A stretch of DNA of 63,633 bases, filler included, from Octopus bimaculoides (GCF_001194135.2; 5 parts of 5 records of this genome joined end to end with filler, not necessarily neighbours in it), one strand, 5' to 3'. Counted from the whole stretch's first letter, positions 47,925 through 60,245 are shown. Numbers and translations are program-made. Notes: a model not told the origin generated them from the letters alone.

Positions 47925-48734
47925 TATATATATATATATAATATATATAAACATACATTTGCTACGTGTGATGAGTTTGTAGTGTGTAATGTGTGCTTCA
48001 GATGCATAGGCCTACAGTATGTGAGCTCGTGCCAGCTTTTGTGTGTACACGCGTGCGTGCGTGTGTGTGTGTATATAGTGGTAGATATACGTGTACCTAC
48101 GTATACAAAATACACAAATGCGAAATGCATTATGACAAAGATCACTATTATCATATAAAAAAAAAGCAGCTCACACTGTGAATAATTTGTATACATAAAT
48201 ACACACACACGCACAAATGTATGCATGTAGTGTATATTCATTAATACATACCATTCAAACACACACGCATTCACGTATGAACATAACTGGTTGCACACAA
48301 CATTGTATGTATGTATGTATATATGTATGCATCCATGCATGTATGTATTCGAGTGCTTGTGTGTGCGTACGTACGTAGGTATACCAGTACAAAAACATTT
48401 ATCCGTGTAACTATAGAGAGTTAAAGCACTGCATATGTATTTTAGATCACGACCGTGTATTTGAGTATATCATGTTTGACTGTCTGTCTGTCTTCTACCT
48501 ATTTATCTATCTATCTATCTATCTCTATTATATAGCGCTAGTCTCTCTCGCTCTCTTTTTCTTTGCCACAGGCTATCAGGTCTTAGGGCCTGAGGATACG
48601 CCATAAAGGTAACCCTATAAACCGGTCTTCATCAGTAATTAATACACACACACACACACATATAGACAACACACTAATACACACATACAATCATACATAT
48701 ATATGTGCGTGTATGTATATATATATATATATAT

Positions 48735-49105
48735 ATAGTGGCTGTGTGGTAAGTATATAAGTAGCTTGCTTACCAACCACATGGTTCCGGGTTCAGTCCC
48801 ACTGCGTGGCACCTTGGGCAAGTGTCTTCTACTATAGCCTCGGGCCGACCAAAGCATTGTGAGTGGATTTGGTAAAAGAAGCCCGTCGTATATATATGTG
48901 TGTGTTTGTGTTTCTGTGTTTGTCACTCCCACCATCGTTTAACAACCGATGTCGGTGTGTTTACGTCCTCGTAACTTAGCGGTTTGGCAAAACAGACCGA
49001 TAGAATAAGTACTAGACTTCCAAAGAATAAGTCCTGGGGTCTATTTGTTCGACTATAGGCGCTTTTCCAGCATGGTTGTAGTCAAATGATTGAAACAAAT
49101 AGAGG
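48735..49105 (+). mobile_element. SINE family 1 copy
   Basis: gtggctgtgtggtaag...accaaccacatggttccgggttcagtcccactgcgtggcaccttgggcaagtg... Confidence 0.88.
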
Positions 49106-49806
49106 AGTAAATGAATAAATATATAGATTGATAGATGGGTAGATTGATGTGTATGTGTGTGTGTGTTTATGCATATACAGCATATCTATATTTGTAAGTA
49201 TGTATATAATGTATACAGGCTCACATTGTACACACGCGTACTCATGTCTAAATCTAAATATCTTTCTTTTACCTGACTGACTACCGTACTTTCAAAAATA
49301 CACACAAATTATTCTCTTCCAATCCGAGCCGAGTGGAGCCGAGATTGATGGCTTCTAAGCGGTCGTTTTGACATGCTAGAAATAGGCAAATTTCCTTCAA
49401 GTCATCTGCTGTCTTACATAAGAACAAACATGTTAGACCGTGTAGTTCTAGATGTTTTACGCCTGTAAATAAAACGAGATGGTCCGCTCAGTCGGAGCGG
49501 AGTTGGGATTAAACAACAGCAGTCGAACCACAAAAGCTTGCATGCGGTCGTTCGACCTCCTAGTTATAGTAGCTAACGTTCCTGAAATACACACTCTACC
49601 AGTGGTGGCTCGTGTATAGAAACTGCGGAACTGCAGCACCCACTATTTCCACTCGATATTATCGGTAACATTCGATATAATGAGTCCTTTTTTCTTTAAT
49701 TCTTTCTTTATACTTGTACATTATAATCCTTAAGCTTAATGTCAGTAGCCATCCCCTAGTTCATGAAAAAAAAAAATCCTTGTATAGAACTGTGCACCTC
49801 ACACTT

Positions 49807-49842
<36 letters not shown>

Positions 49843-49977
49843 ACTGCGTGCCGGATGAAAGGTTGTACTTGAAAACGTGTTTATATTCTTGAATGTGATA
49901 AAGTGTAGAATTAGATTACTATTCTGCTTCCAGCTGTGTTACCGCCAGGATTTTAAAAATAGGGTATATTCCGACCC

Positions 49978-50204
49978 CCTTATTTTGTGATTTAGGGGGG
50001 ATTTTAGAAAAACAAGGGGGAATTTGGGGCGGTGTTCGGTGAATAAATTAAAAACACTACCCGGCTCTGACTAAAACGCGAACCGATCAAGTTTATGTAT
50101 AAATTTTTTTTTGTATGTTTATTTCCTTTTACACAATATTAAAACAACGGCTAAAAAATTTTTGAAGTAGCAGCCCCACTAATTTTATCTACGAGCTACC
50201 ATTG
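49978..50204. repeat. Dispersed repeat (DNA-transposon end), second copy inverted at 54314-54539
   Basis: ccttattttgtgatttagggggg...aaacgcgaaccgatcaagtttatgtat...ttttacacaatattaaaacaacggctaaaa...cgagctaccattg matches the reverse complement of 54314-54539, which starts with terminus-like CAGTGGCGGCTCG. Confidence 0.8.
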
Positions 50205-50244
50205 CATTCTACCTTCTTACATTCTGGATAATGTTGTTATAGAC

Positions 50245-50506
50245 CGGTGGTTCTCAAATTTTTCGGGCTGCTGCCCCTTTGACACCCAAACCACATTCTT
50301 AGCGCCCCCACCTCAACTAACCATCAGAAGCATAGTCCTCTTTCTGAAGCAAATTCAAAGCAACTGTATTTCACAAATAAAACTTAACCTAACGAACCCA
50401 TCATTTTATTGTTTTTACATGAATCGCTACCCCATTATCACCCCCATTTTTCTTGGAACTTTCCACCGCCCTCACGGGGCAATATCACCCACTTTGGGAA
50501 CCACTG
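50245..50506. mobile_element. hAT (Charlie-type) MITE, 262 bp
   Basis: Ends cggtggttctcaaa / tttgggaaccactg; 8-bp TSD ttatagac (50237-50244) vs ttctagac (50507-50514), matching the nTCTAGAn preference of Charlie hATs. Confidence 0.85.
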
Positions 50507-50967
50507 TTCTAGACAGTATGGGCACGACTTAAATACCTTTAATCATTGATCTGCTTAATCAGGGTGACTTGGAATTAAACAACAGTACAAAGGCTCACGA
50601 TCGTGAGATCGTGCTGTCAATTCTTGACTGGACGAAGAGCTGTGTCCTCGAGCAAGGAACTTCATTACATGTTACTCCAGTTCAGTCAGCTGAAAATGAA
50701 TGCCATTAGTAGCTTGGACTTAATTCCGAAACGGATTGGTGTTCTGTTCTTGGGTGAGTTCTGCACGCCACAAAAACCGGATTAAGCTTAGGCTTAATGA
50801 GTCTGAAGGCTCGAGACAAACATTTTATTTTTTAAATATTGATCTGTAGCAGTGTTTCTCATCCAAATTTTACCTATGGACCCATTTGATTCCTATTTTA
50901 TTCAGATGGACGTTTCAATCCATCCGATATTTAAAAACAAAATCATATTACTTTTTTATAATTAAAT

Positions 50968-51375
50968 AGGCGCAGGTTTGTCTGTGTGGTAAGTAGCTTG
51001 CTTACCAATCACATAGTTCCGGGTTCAGTCCCACTTCTACTATAGCATCGGGCCGACTAAAGTCTTGTAAGTGGATTTGGTAGACAGAAACTGAAAGAAG
51101 CCCATCGTATATATACGTGTGTGTGTGTATGTGTATGTGTGTGTGTGTGTGTGTATGTATCTGTCTGTCTATATGTTTGTGTGCCTGTGTTTGTCCCTCC
51201 CCGCCATCATCGCTTGACAACTGATGCTGGTGTGTTTACGTCCTTGTAACTTACCGGTTCGGATAGGATAAGTACTAGGCTCACAAAGAATAAGTCCAGG
51301 GGTTAATTTGTCCGACTAAAGGCGGTGTTTCAGCATGGCCGCAGTCATATGACTGAAACAAATAAAAGAATAAAA
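50968..51375 (+). mobile_element. SINE family 1 copy
   Basis: ggcgcagg..tgtgtggtaagtagcttgcttaccaatcacatagttccgggttcagtcccac...cagcatggccgcagtcatatgactgaaacaaataaaagaataaaagaataa. Confidence 0.85.
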
Positions 51376-51861
51376 GAATAAATATTATTAGGAATTGTAT
51401 AAACAAAATTGTTAAAATATTGTGTGTATTCTTGTAATATAGCCAATTTATTGCAAATAAATTTTCACAACAAAGTTTTTATGCACCCCCAAAGGCCTTG
51501 AGAACCACTAATTTACATTATCAACGGTACGTAGAAAATACGGGGCATTAACGAAAAATTATATATTATATATTCTCTTTTACGTGTTTATTTTCAAAGT
51601 TTCGTAAAAATACAGAATTGAACGAGACAGTGATTCATTTAGAGAAAAAGTAACAATTTTCAATTACAGCATTCATTTGTAGAAATAGCGTTATGCATAT
51701 GTTCCTGTAATCAACTTATGTGGAGGGGTAACCTAGCGAAATAGAGATACGACAAATCGATATCCCGTTCAGATGAAACGTGTTTATATGCTAAAAATGT
51801 TTGAAACAGGAGTAGATAAATGACCGATTAAGCCAGTTCCTGCTCTGGTGGTGATTTACGA

Positions 51862-51947
<86 letters not shown>

Positions 51948-52119
51948 GGAGAGCTTTGAGTTTATCGTTTATATTGTCAGTGGATGATTGAGAAGCCCAA
52001 TAAACGTTAAAAAACGAAGAACGAATAAAACTTCACCTGGCTGAATGAAGGACGTTTGATTAGCCCCTTTCTAAATTGCAGAGAAAGCAGTTATCTGTAA
52101 GGATCAAAACAAAAATAGC

Positions 52120-52193
52120 GAAAGTATCTTGGGCCGACCAAAGCCTTGTGAATGGATTTGGTAGACGAAAACTGAAAGAAGCCTGTTGTGAGT

Positions 52194-52224
<31 letters not shown>

Positions 52225-52420
52225 CCTGTTCCCCCCACCACCACCACCACCACCATCACTGCTTGACTACCGGTGCTGGTGTTTCTACGTTTCCGTAACT
52301 TAGCGGTTCGGCAAGGCTTTGGAAAAAGAAAATCAGTAATAGAGTCGATCCGTTCGAGTGAAATTCTCCAAGGCGGTGTCCCAGCAAGGCTGCAGTCTAA
52401 TGACTGAAGCAGATAAAAGA
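52120..52420 (+). mobile_element. SINE family 1 copy, 5'-truncated
   Basis: gggccgaccaaagccttgtgaatggatttggtagacgaaaactgaaagaagcc...gactgaagcagataaaag. Confidence 0.8.
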
Positions 52421-52733
52421 TAGAGGATAGGCGCAAGTATGGTGTGTGTTTTAAGAAACTCGCTTTGCAAGCATTTGGTTTCGGTTTCAGTTTCATTGCG
52501 TAGCACCTTAGGCAAGTGTCCCGGGCTGACTAATATCTTATGAGTGGATATGGTAGACAGAAACTGTGTGGACGCCCATCGTACACACATACACACGCGT
52601 GCGCGCATATCTTAAATTTATTTATGTTAACGTTTTGAATATGCAAATAAAACTCCTATTCCATTATGTCGGCCACAATCTAATGATGTTGACTAGTGAA
52701 CTAGTTTTTGGGGGGTTGCCTCAAGTTATATCG

Positions 52734-52764
<31 letters not shown>

Positions 52765-52788
52765 AATAATAATAATAATAATTAATTC

Positions 52789-53817
52789 GTTGTATTGGCC
52801 ACAAGGGCTAATATCAATTAAAGACATATAAGGACAAAGACAGGGCGAAGGTTACAAAAGGTTTTGTCCGAAAAGGTAGGAACGTTCGTCTAAACAGAGG
52901 AAGAAAACGGAGAAAGATATAATAAATANNNNNNNNNNNNNNNNNNNNNNNNNNNNNNNNNNNNNNNNNNNNNNNNNNNNNNNNNNNNNNNNNNNNNNNN
53001 NNNNNNNNNNNNNNNNNNNNNNNNNNNNNNNNNNNNNNNNNNNNNNNNNNNNNNNNNNNNNNNNNNNNNNNNNNNNNNNNNNNNNNNNNNNNNNNNNNNN
53101 NNNNNNNNNNNNNNNNNNNNNNNNNNNNNNNNNNNNNNNNNNNNNNNNNNNNNNNNNNNNNNNNNNNNNNNNNNNNNNNNNNNNNNNNNNNNNNNNNNNN
53201 NNNNNNNNNNNNNNNNNNNNNNNNNNNNNNNNNNNNNNNNNNNNNNNNNNNNNNNNNNNNNNNNNNNNNNNNNNNNNNNNNNNNNNNNNNNNNNNNNNNN
53301 NNNNNNNNNNNNNNNNNNNNNNNNNNNNNNNNNNNNNNNNNNNNNNNNNNNNNNNNNNNNNNNNNNNNNNNNNNNNNNNNNNNNNNNNNNNNNNNNNNNN
53401 NNNNNNNNNNNNNNNNNNNNNNNNNNNNNNNNNNNNNNNNNNNNNNNNNNNNNNNNNNNNNNNNNNNNNNNNNNNNNNNNNNNNNNNNNNNNNNNNNNNN
53501 NNNNNNNNNNNNNNNNNNNNNNNNNNNNNNNNNNNNNNNNNNNNNNNNNNNNNNNNNNNNNNNNNNNNNNNNNNNNNNNNNNNNNNNNNNNNNNNNNNNN
53601 NNNNNNNNNNNNNNNNNNNNNNNNNNNNNNATCCTCGACGCCTAGAGTTTCCCCGAGAACGTCGTCGCACTTTTCTCCCACTAACCCTCTATAGAACGCT
53701 AGAGTGGATCTACTACCGATCGCACTGCCCGCCTGACTGAGGGCGGTGAGAGCTTGGCGGCACTTGAGGTGCCAAGCGCCCTTTCTCGGTCTACGTTTGA
53801 TCCAGGATTGCAGCTCT

Positions 53818-53820
<3 letters not shown>
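52789..53820 (-). mobile_element. Tx1/L1-clade LINE 3' fragment (gap 52929-53630) between (AAT)n tracts
   Basis: GC-rich 53631-53820 translates on minus strand TELQSWIKRRPRKGAWHLKCRQALTALSQAGSAIGSRSTLAFYRGLVGEKCDDVLGETLGVED, recalled as Tx1-like ORF2 upstream of the CCHC; 52789-52928 resembles a 3' UTR. Clade call from memory. Confidence 0.55.
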
Positions 53821-53876
<56 letters not shown>

Positions 53877-55744
53877 TAATAATAATAATCCTAGGATGGA
53901 ATTTATAAACATTTAATGCATCGCTACGCGCGTTTCCACAAATTACATAACTTTTAAGATCACAGTCCGTAATCCTGGGATGATTACAATGTAGTTCGTA
54001 GTATCCGTGGACATCCGCTTGTCATCATCATTGATTTAATAAGATCGTCGGATGCATGTGCACCTGCGTATATATTCAATAGAAACACCGGAGAAATTTG
54101 CACTGTGCTCACGAGAAATTATGTTTTTCCACAGGTTATTACAGGCACTACGGGGTCAGAATTAATCTTCTGTTGATTTCATATCACAGCTTTCGCAAGA
54201 ATTAGGAATTAAAAATTAGAGATGCTTCAGCTGAGTTGGTTTCTGTTTCTTCAACTACTTACTAAACAGAGCAATGAAGAAAAAACACGTCCGGTTGCCA
54301 CTACGTTTAAAAGCAGTGGCGGCTCGAAGATAAAATTAGTTGGGGTGCTGCTTCAGAAAACTTTTAGCCGTTGTTTTAATATTGTGTAAAAGGAAACAAA
54401 CATAAAAAGAAAAATTATACATAAACTTGATCGGTTCGCGTTTTAGCCACTGCCGGGTAGTGTGTTTAACGTGTTCAGTGAACATCACCGCGAATTCCCC
54501 CTTGTTTTTCAAAAGTCCCCCCTAAATCACAAAATAAGGCGGGTGGGGAATGTGCCATTAAAAAATTGGGTTACCTCCTCACTAAAAAAATCGAGTTAAT
54601 GTGGCGACAAGAGATTGGATTAAAAGAATTAGATCCTTTTGATTCAATACTTCAACACATTGTTGATGTTTGGCCTCCTCAATAGGCATGGTAGAATTTG
54701 TTATAAAAATATTATCAGGAGTGGCAGTGTGCATAGGCGCAGAAGTGGCTGTGTGGTATGTCGCTCGCTTACCAACCACATGGTTGTCCCACTGCGTGGC
54801 ACATTGAGCAAATGTCTTCTACTATATATATATATGTTGTTATGTATATATATGTTGTTATGTCTTGTTATTTGTATTTGTGTAACATTCTCCGTTTTTT
54901 TTTCTCGTCCTTGTTTTCGTATACATTCGCTGATTTCTTCCAAGGAATCTAATGCTCTTAGCTTAGTTTTTCCTTGGGGCTGGCCAGATTGCAGCAATCT
55001 CGAGTATAACCAGCCGAAATTGTAAAGATAATCTGGAACTCGACTGAGGAAAGAAAACTCCGAATGACCCGTCCTTGTTTTCTTTGTACTGTCTATTTGG
55101 ATATTTTGTTGTCCCGTTTTTGTATCACCTAACTGTCTGGATGTTTTGCGTTCTTGTCCCATTTTGTATATATATATCGAAACCGCGATCCTATGACCGT
55201 GAGTCCGCTGCCCAAACCACTGGGCCATTGCGCCTCCACACACACACACANNNNNNNNNNNNNNNNNNNNNNNNNNNNNNNNNNNNNNNNNNNNNNNNNN
55301 NNNNNNNNNNNNNNNNNNNNNNNNNNNNNNNNNNNNNNNNNNNNNNNNNNNNNNNNNNNNNNNNNNNNNNNNNNNNNNNNNNNNNNNNNNNNNNNNNNNN
55401 NNNNNNNNNNNNNNNNNNNNNNNNNNNNNNNNNNNNNNNNNNNNNNNNNNNNNNNNNNNNNNNNNNNNNNNNNNNNNNNNNNNNNNNNNNNNNNNNNNNN
55501 NNNNNNNNNNNNNNNNNNNNNNNNNNNNNNNNNNNNNNNNNNNNNNNNNNNNNNNNNNNNNNNNNNNNNNNNNNNNNNNNNNNNNNNNNNNNNNNNNNNN
55601 NNNNNNNNNNNNNNNNNNNNNNNNNNNNNNNNNNNNNNNNNNNNNNNNNNNNNNNNNNNNNNNNNNNNNNNNNNNNNNNNNNNNNNNNNNNNNNNNNNNN
55701 NNNNNNNNNNNNNNNNNNNNNNNNNNNNNNNNNNNATATGTGTG

Positions 55745-56012
55745 TGTGTGGAGGCGCAATGGCCCAGTGGTTTGGGCAGCGGTCTCACGGTCATAAGATC
55801 GAGGTTTCGATTCCCAGACCGGGCGTTGTGAGTGTTTATTGAGCGAAAACACCTAAAGCTCCACGAGGCTCCGGCAGGGATGGTGGCGAACCGTGCTATA
55901 CTCTTCCACCACAACTTTCTCTCACTCTTACTTCCTGTTTCTGTTGTGCCTGTAATTCAATGGGTCAGCCTTGTCACACTGTGTCACGCTGAATATCCCC
56001 GAAAACTACGTT
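55745..56012 (+). mobile_element. SINE family 2 copy, 3'-truncated
   Basis: gtggaggcgcaatggcccagtggtttgggcagcgg...ggtttcgattcccagaccgggcgttgtgagtg identical in structure to 58793-59045. Confidence 0.88.
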
Positions 56013-56204
56013 AAACACACACACACACACACAATAATCTTAGGTTGGAATTTATAAACATTTAATGAATCGCTACGCGAGTTTCTACAAATCACATGAC
56101 TTTTCAGATCACAGTCCGTATTTCTGAGTTGATTACCGTGTAGTTCGTAGTATCCATGGGCATCCGGTTAATCATCATCACTGATTCATTTCTTCAAGCG
56201 ATAT

Positions 56205-56335
56205 AACATTAGTGGATGAACCACAGAGGGATGTTTTTCTCTTTTTACCAATATGAAGGTTAAGCGAGACATAACTCACTTGACCTTCATACGGTAAAAA
56301 GAGAATAACATCCCTCTGGTTCATCTACTAATGTT
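56205..56335. repeat. Long imperfect inverted repeat, 131 bp
   Basis: Arm 56205-56260 pairs with arm 56283-56335 with few mismatches and small bulges; spacer can pair further to a short loop. Confidence 0.9.
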
Positions 56336-57229
56336 GTTCCTCTTCGATTACTATGGCAAACAGCAGTAGCTTTCTTCAATCAATACACGTCATTGATTGG
56401 TTCAAATTACTCAAATACGACAACTTTAACACGAAATAACTTCTAAAATACGAAATTTTTGTCAAAAATGTTCAAAGTAAACCGTGTTCTGCGTGAGAAA
56501 TTACACCAGTATACGAAGTTTCAAACTGTTTAGTTAAAAAAAAAATAAGTAAAAAACCTGTCACCAAAACTTCAAAGTTGAATAACGTTTTCATACTTGG
56601 ATTTGTAAAGTACGATAAGAATAACACTGGTCAACAAAGAATTTGTATCAAGAAAAAGAATACCTGTATCTTACATGTTTTTGCATGCAAAATTCAAAAT
56701 TAATGTCAAATTATCTGTACTAAGTTCACATATTCCATTCACCTTCACAATGCCAAGAAACTGTATTAACATCGCAAACAATTTTTGCAATATATGAAAA
56801 ATATGGAAAAGTATTAAGACAGTTGACAAAAAATATGTATAATAAAATTCTAATTGATAAATATAAATTTTTATTAAAGCAAAACACGCGGGGGAAGTAA
56901 ATCTCGCGGTGTGCGGGTGGAACACAACACAATGTGCGGTTGTCACAGTAACAAGCTGTTAATGTCTCACTGTCTGTTGATTGGCTAAAATTACCCAAAA
57001 TTGAAAGCAATCTGAGGAAAATTAAAGGGGCTCATTTTGCGAACGAAAAAGACTAGATCCTCTCCAAGCATCTGTAAATATTTATCTCAGATACAAATAC
57101 AAACCACACTAATTCTTCACTATTGTAGCATACGTTTCTGCACAACTAAACATTAACGCAAGGAGTAAATCAATAATTAACAAATATATTAACAAACAAA
57201 TATATTTTTTTTTAAACTCTAGGATGACT

Positions 57230-59340
57230 ACTCAGCAACAAAAATCTTAACAAAAATAGACTGAGAATGAAACAGACCTAATAAATTCATGGTATTGTCT
57301 TGCCCAAACGGAGAACGTAGATACATCATGCCGGAACCTAATAGCCAAACGTACAGTTCAACTCTTAAGAAATCGTTCCGAGAAGCAGAACTAAAACAAA
57401 TTGAAGTGACATTTAAATTTATTAATAGACAGTTTGAGAAACTCCAACGTGTTTTCTCTTCAAATACTGTTCAACAGCAGCAGCCACCGCCACCACCACG
57501 GCAACAACAACAACCATCACAGCAGCAACAACGATCACCTCAGCAAAAACAGCAACCACCACAGCAACAACAACAACAGCAACCACCACAGCAGGAACGC
57601 TGACTCAGCCTTTAACTCTCTTCAATTCAAGCACAACTGATGACCTACGGTCAACTTTTCAGAGTCCAGCTGTTCACAGCCCATTCAACCAGAATTTGTT
57701 ACCCACCCGTCAACAGCGGCAACAGTTACAGTAACAAGAATTACAACAACAACAATTACAACTACAACAACCAGCACAAAAACAGCAACGGACACAGCTT
57801 CGAACTACTACTATCCCAATCTGTGATCAACCAACTAAATACTTACTTGATGATCCCCTTAATGAATTTGCCAAACACAAATGTACACAAATTAAAATCT
57901 ATACTTCTCACTGCCTACACACGAAACCCCAAAATATACCGTTATTTATTATTACGCAAGAGGCTGTGCACTGACACTGGTTGCAAATTCACTCATTTAC
58001 CAGGGACTAGACGCTCATTTGCCGCTACCACCAAAGTGCACATTATAAAACAACGCCACCACCACTCTCACCAAATACCAAAACCAAATTTTTAAAAAAC
58101 CACTCATGTAACACGGAACCCTTAAATCTGCCGCTATTCCCAGCGTGACGGATTATAGCTACAACATAATTTTCCATTTATCCATCTCCCGGGGACTCGT
58201 CGCACAAATAAAAAAATATAAATAGGATCCTAACAAATACAAAACCCACAACAACAAACACTTTCAGTTCCCCGAACAGAACTCATTTTTAACCAAGATG
58301 AGTCTGGCAAAAGAGCTACAAAAGAACATTCTAGCCATCACACAATGCTACCTTCCACCACCACCCTATTGCACAAACTCCCATTGCTGCCATTAACAAG
58401 CAAATCACCAAAACAGTAAAAATCAGCCACCACTATCGCCTTAACATTTTTGCTCAATGTACGTACACAAGGCATCAGCCCTTCCACCAAAGCCCAAAAA
58501 TGGAAGATCCAATTTGTTGAGGATTGGGTTAATGACCATCCACACCATATCCTTTTCTTCAGCTTCCAAGTAGAGGTTATTGAGATGGGTCACAGAGACC
58601 CATCTCAATAACCTCTACTTGGAAGTGAGCTGAAGTGAGAGGGAAGATTTTTATCGCTATCCGTGCGGATTGTGTCGGCAGAAGAGAGGGTAGGACCACC
58701 ATTTTCGTGCACGATTCTTTTTCGGCTGAAGCAATGGACGTATTTACCAATGGCTACTGTCAATTAGCTTCTGTGTATAGTAAAACCAACAAGTGGAGGC
58801 GCAATGGCCCAGTGATTAGGGCAGCGGATTCGCGGTTTCGATTCCCAGACCGGGCGTTGTGAGTGTTTATTGAGCGAAAACACCTAAAGCTCCACGAGGC
58901 TCCGGCAGGGGATGGTGGCGAACTCTGCTGTACTCTTCCACCACAACTTTCTCTTACTCTTTCTTCCTGTTTCTGTTGTGCCTGTAATTCATAAGGTCAG
59001 CCTTGTCACACTGTGTCACGCTGAATATCCCCGAGAACTACGTTAAGGGTACACGTGTCTGTGGAGTGCTCAGCCACTTGCACGTTAATTTCACGAGCAG
59101 GCTGTTCCGTTGATCGGATCAACTGGAACCCTCGACGTCGTAAGCGACGGAGTGCCAACAACAACAACATAGTAAAACCAACAATTCAATAGTAGTTGGG
59201 CTCTATAGGCCACCCCTAACTCCTTTACTACGTTTCAAGGAATGTCTCAACAGTATTAAGCGTTTCATCCATCAGTGTCATGCTGACAACATATGACTGG
59301 AACAATTTTGATATTGTCTATTCAATTAAAGCAGATCTAG
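57230..59340 (+). mobile_element. Decayed LINE: ORF1-like region (polyQ/P, CCCH-like motif) and APE endonuclease, no RT
   Basis: PKIYRYLLLRKRLCTDTGCKFTHLPGTRR at about 57930-58015; LNVRTQGISPSTKAQKWKIQFVEDWV; TETHL at 58592-58606; IRADCVGRREGRTTIFVHDS; after removing the SINE, SKTNNSIVVGLYRPP. These resemble APE motifs (N, ETxL, GGxxxxV, YRPP). Confidence 0.8.
58793..59168 (+). mobile_element. Near full-length SINE family 2 insertion with 16-bp TSD
   Basis: tRNA-like head (TGGCCCAGTG A box, GGTTTCGATTCCC B box), (CAA)n tail, perfect TSD ATAGTAAAACCAACAA at 58777-58792 and 59169-59184. Confidence 0.95.
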
Positions 59341-60039
59341 GTTAAAACAACAACAGTCGAACCGACTCATTCTGCAGAATCTTCCAAAAGAATTTACTTT
59401 ACGCTAACAAAAAAAAAAACAAGAAAAAAAAACAATAAACAAAGAAACGTTAGAGTTCAAATCTTTCAGGGCCAACTTTGTCTTTTCGAGGTCAATAAAA
59501 TACAGAAGCAATCAATATAACTGATTTTTCTAGTCACCCAAAATTCCTGGCATTATTCTTATGCTAGAACTTTGATAATATTAATCTTCTTCCCGGTTGG
59601 GAAGAGCAATTTCTCTGTCCCTGTTGTCAGAGCTCGCCACCTCCACATCATTGTTGTCGCTAAAGCTCCCTCCGCCAACTCCACCTCCAATCACTGTCAT
59701 TATTGTTGTTGACGTTAATTGACTTTTTATATACACATGCCTTAAAATATGCGTAATTCATTGGCTCAAAAGAATATACATACATACATACATACAATAC
59801 ATTATATAAAAAGTCAATTTTATTCTCTCTCTGTTTATTTCCTCGTGTTCCTTTTTGTAGAAGAACACAGGCTCGAAACGTAAAAGACATTCTCACCTTC
59901 CCGAGCGTCAAACTAATACACCTACTTGTTTATACATCTGTCTTCATCTTTTGTTTTTCTGTAAATTTCAACTATATAGGAAGCACCTCCGCTGAAATAG
60001 AATTGACAAAATTTCAAATTCATAAATATTCTTTTCTAC

Positions 60040-60245
60040 TGTAGGCACAAGGCCCGAACTTTTTCGGGGAGGGGGCCACTCGATTAGATCGACTCCAGTA
60101 CACAAGTAGTACTTAATTTATCAACCCCGAAACGATGAAAAGTAAAGTCGACCTCGGCGGGATTTGAACTCAGAACATAAAGACAGATGAAATACTGCTA
60201 AGCATTTCGCCGGTGTGCTAACGTTTCTGCAAGCTCGCTACCTTC
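60040..60245 (-). mobile_element. SINE family 4 copy
   Basis: Reverse of agcgagcttgcagaaacgttagcacaccggcgaaatgcttagcagtatttcatctgtc...gtcgatctaatcg. Confidence 0.85.

Noticed and set aside
49978-54539. Inverted pair as TIRs of one 4.6-kb transposon
   Set aside because: The terminus-like CAGTGGCGGCTCG motif lies at the inner ends (50204 and 54314) and the outer ends diverge, so these are better read as two separate copies.
57289-57603. PolyQ ORF as a host transcription-factor exon
   Set aside because: No splice sites that chain, and it is colinear with downstream zinc-motif and APE remnants of a LINE.
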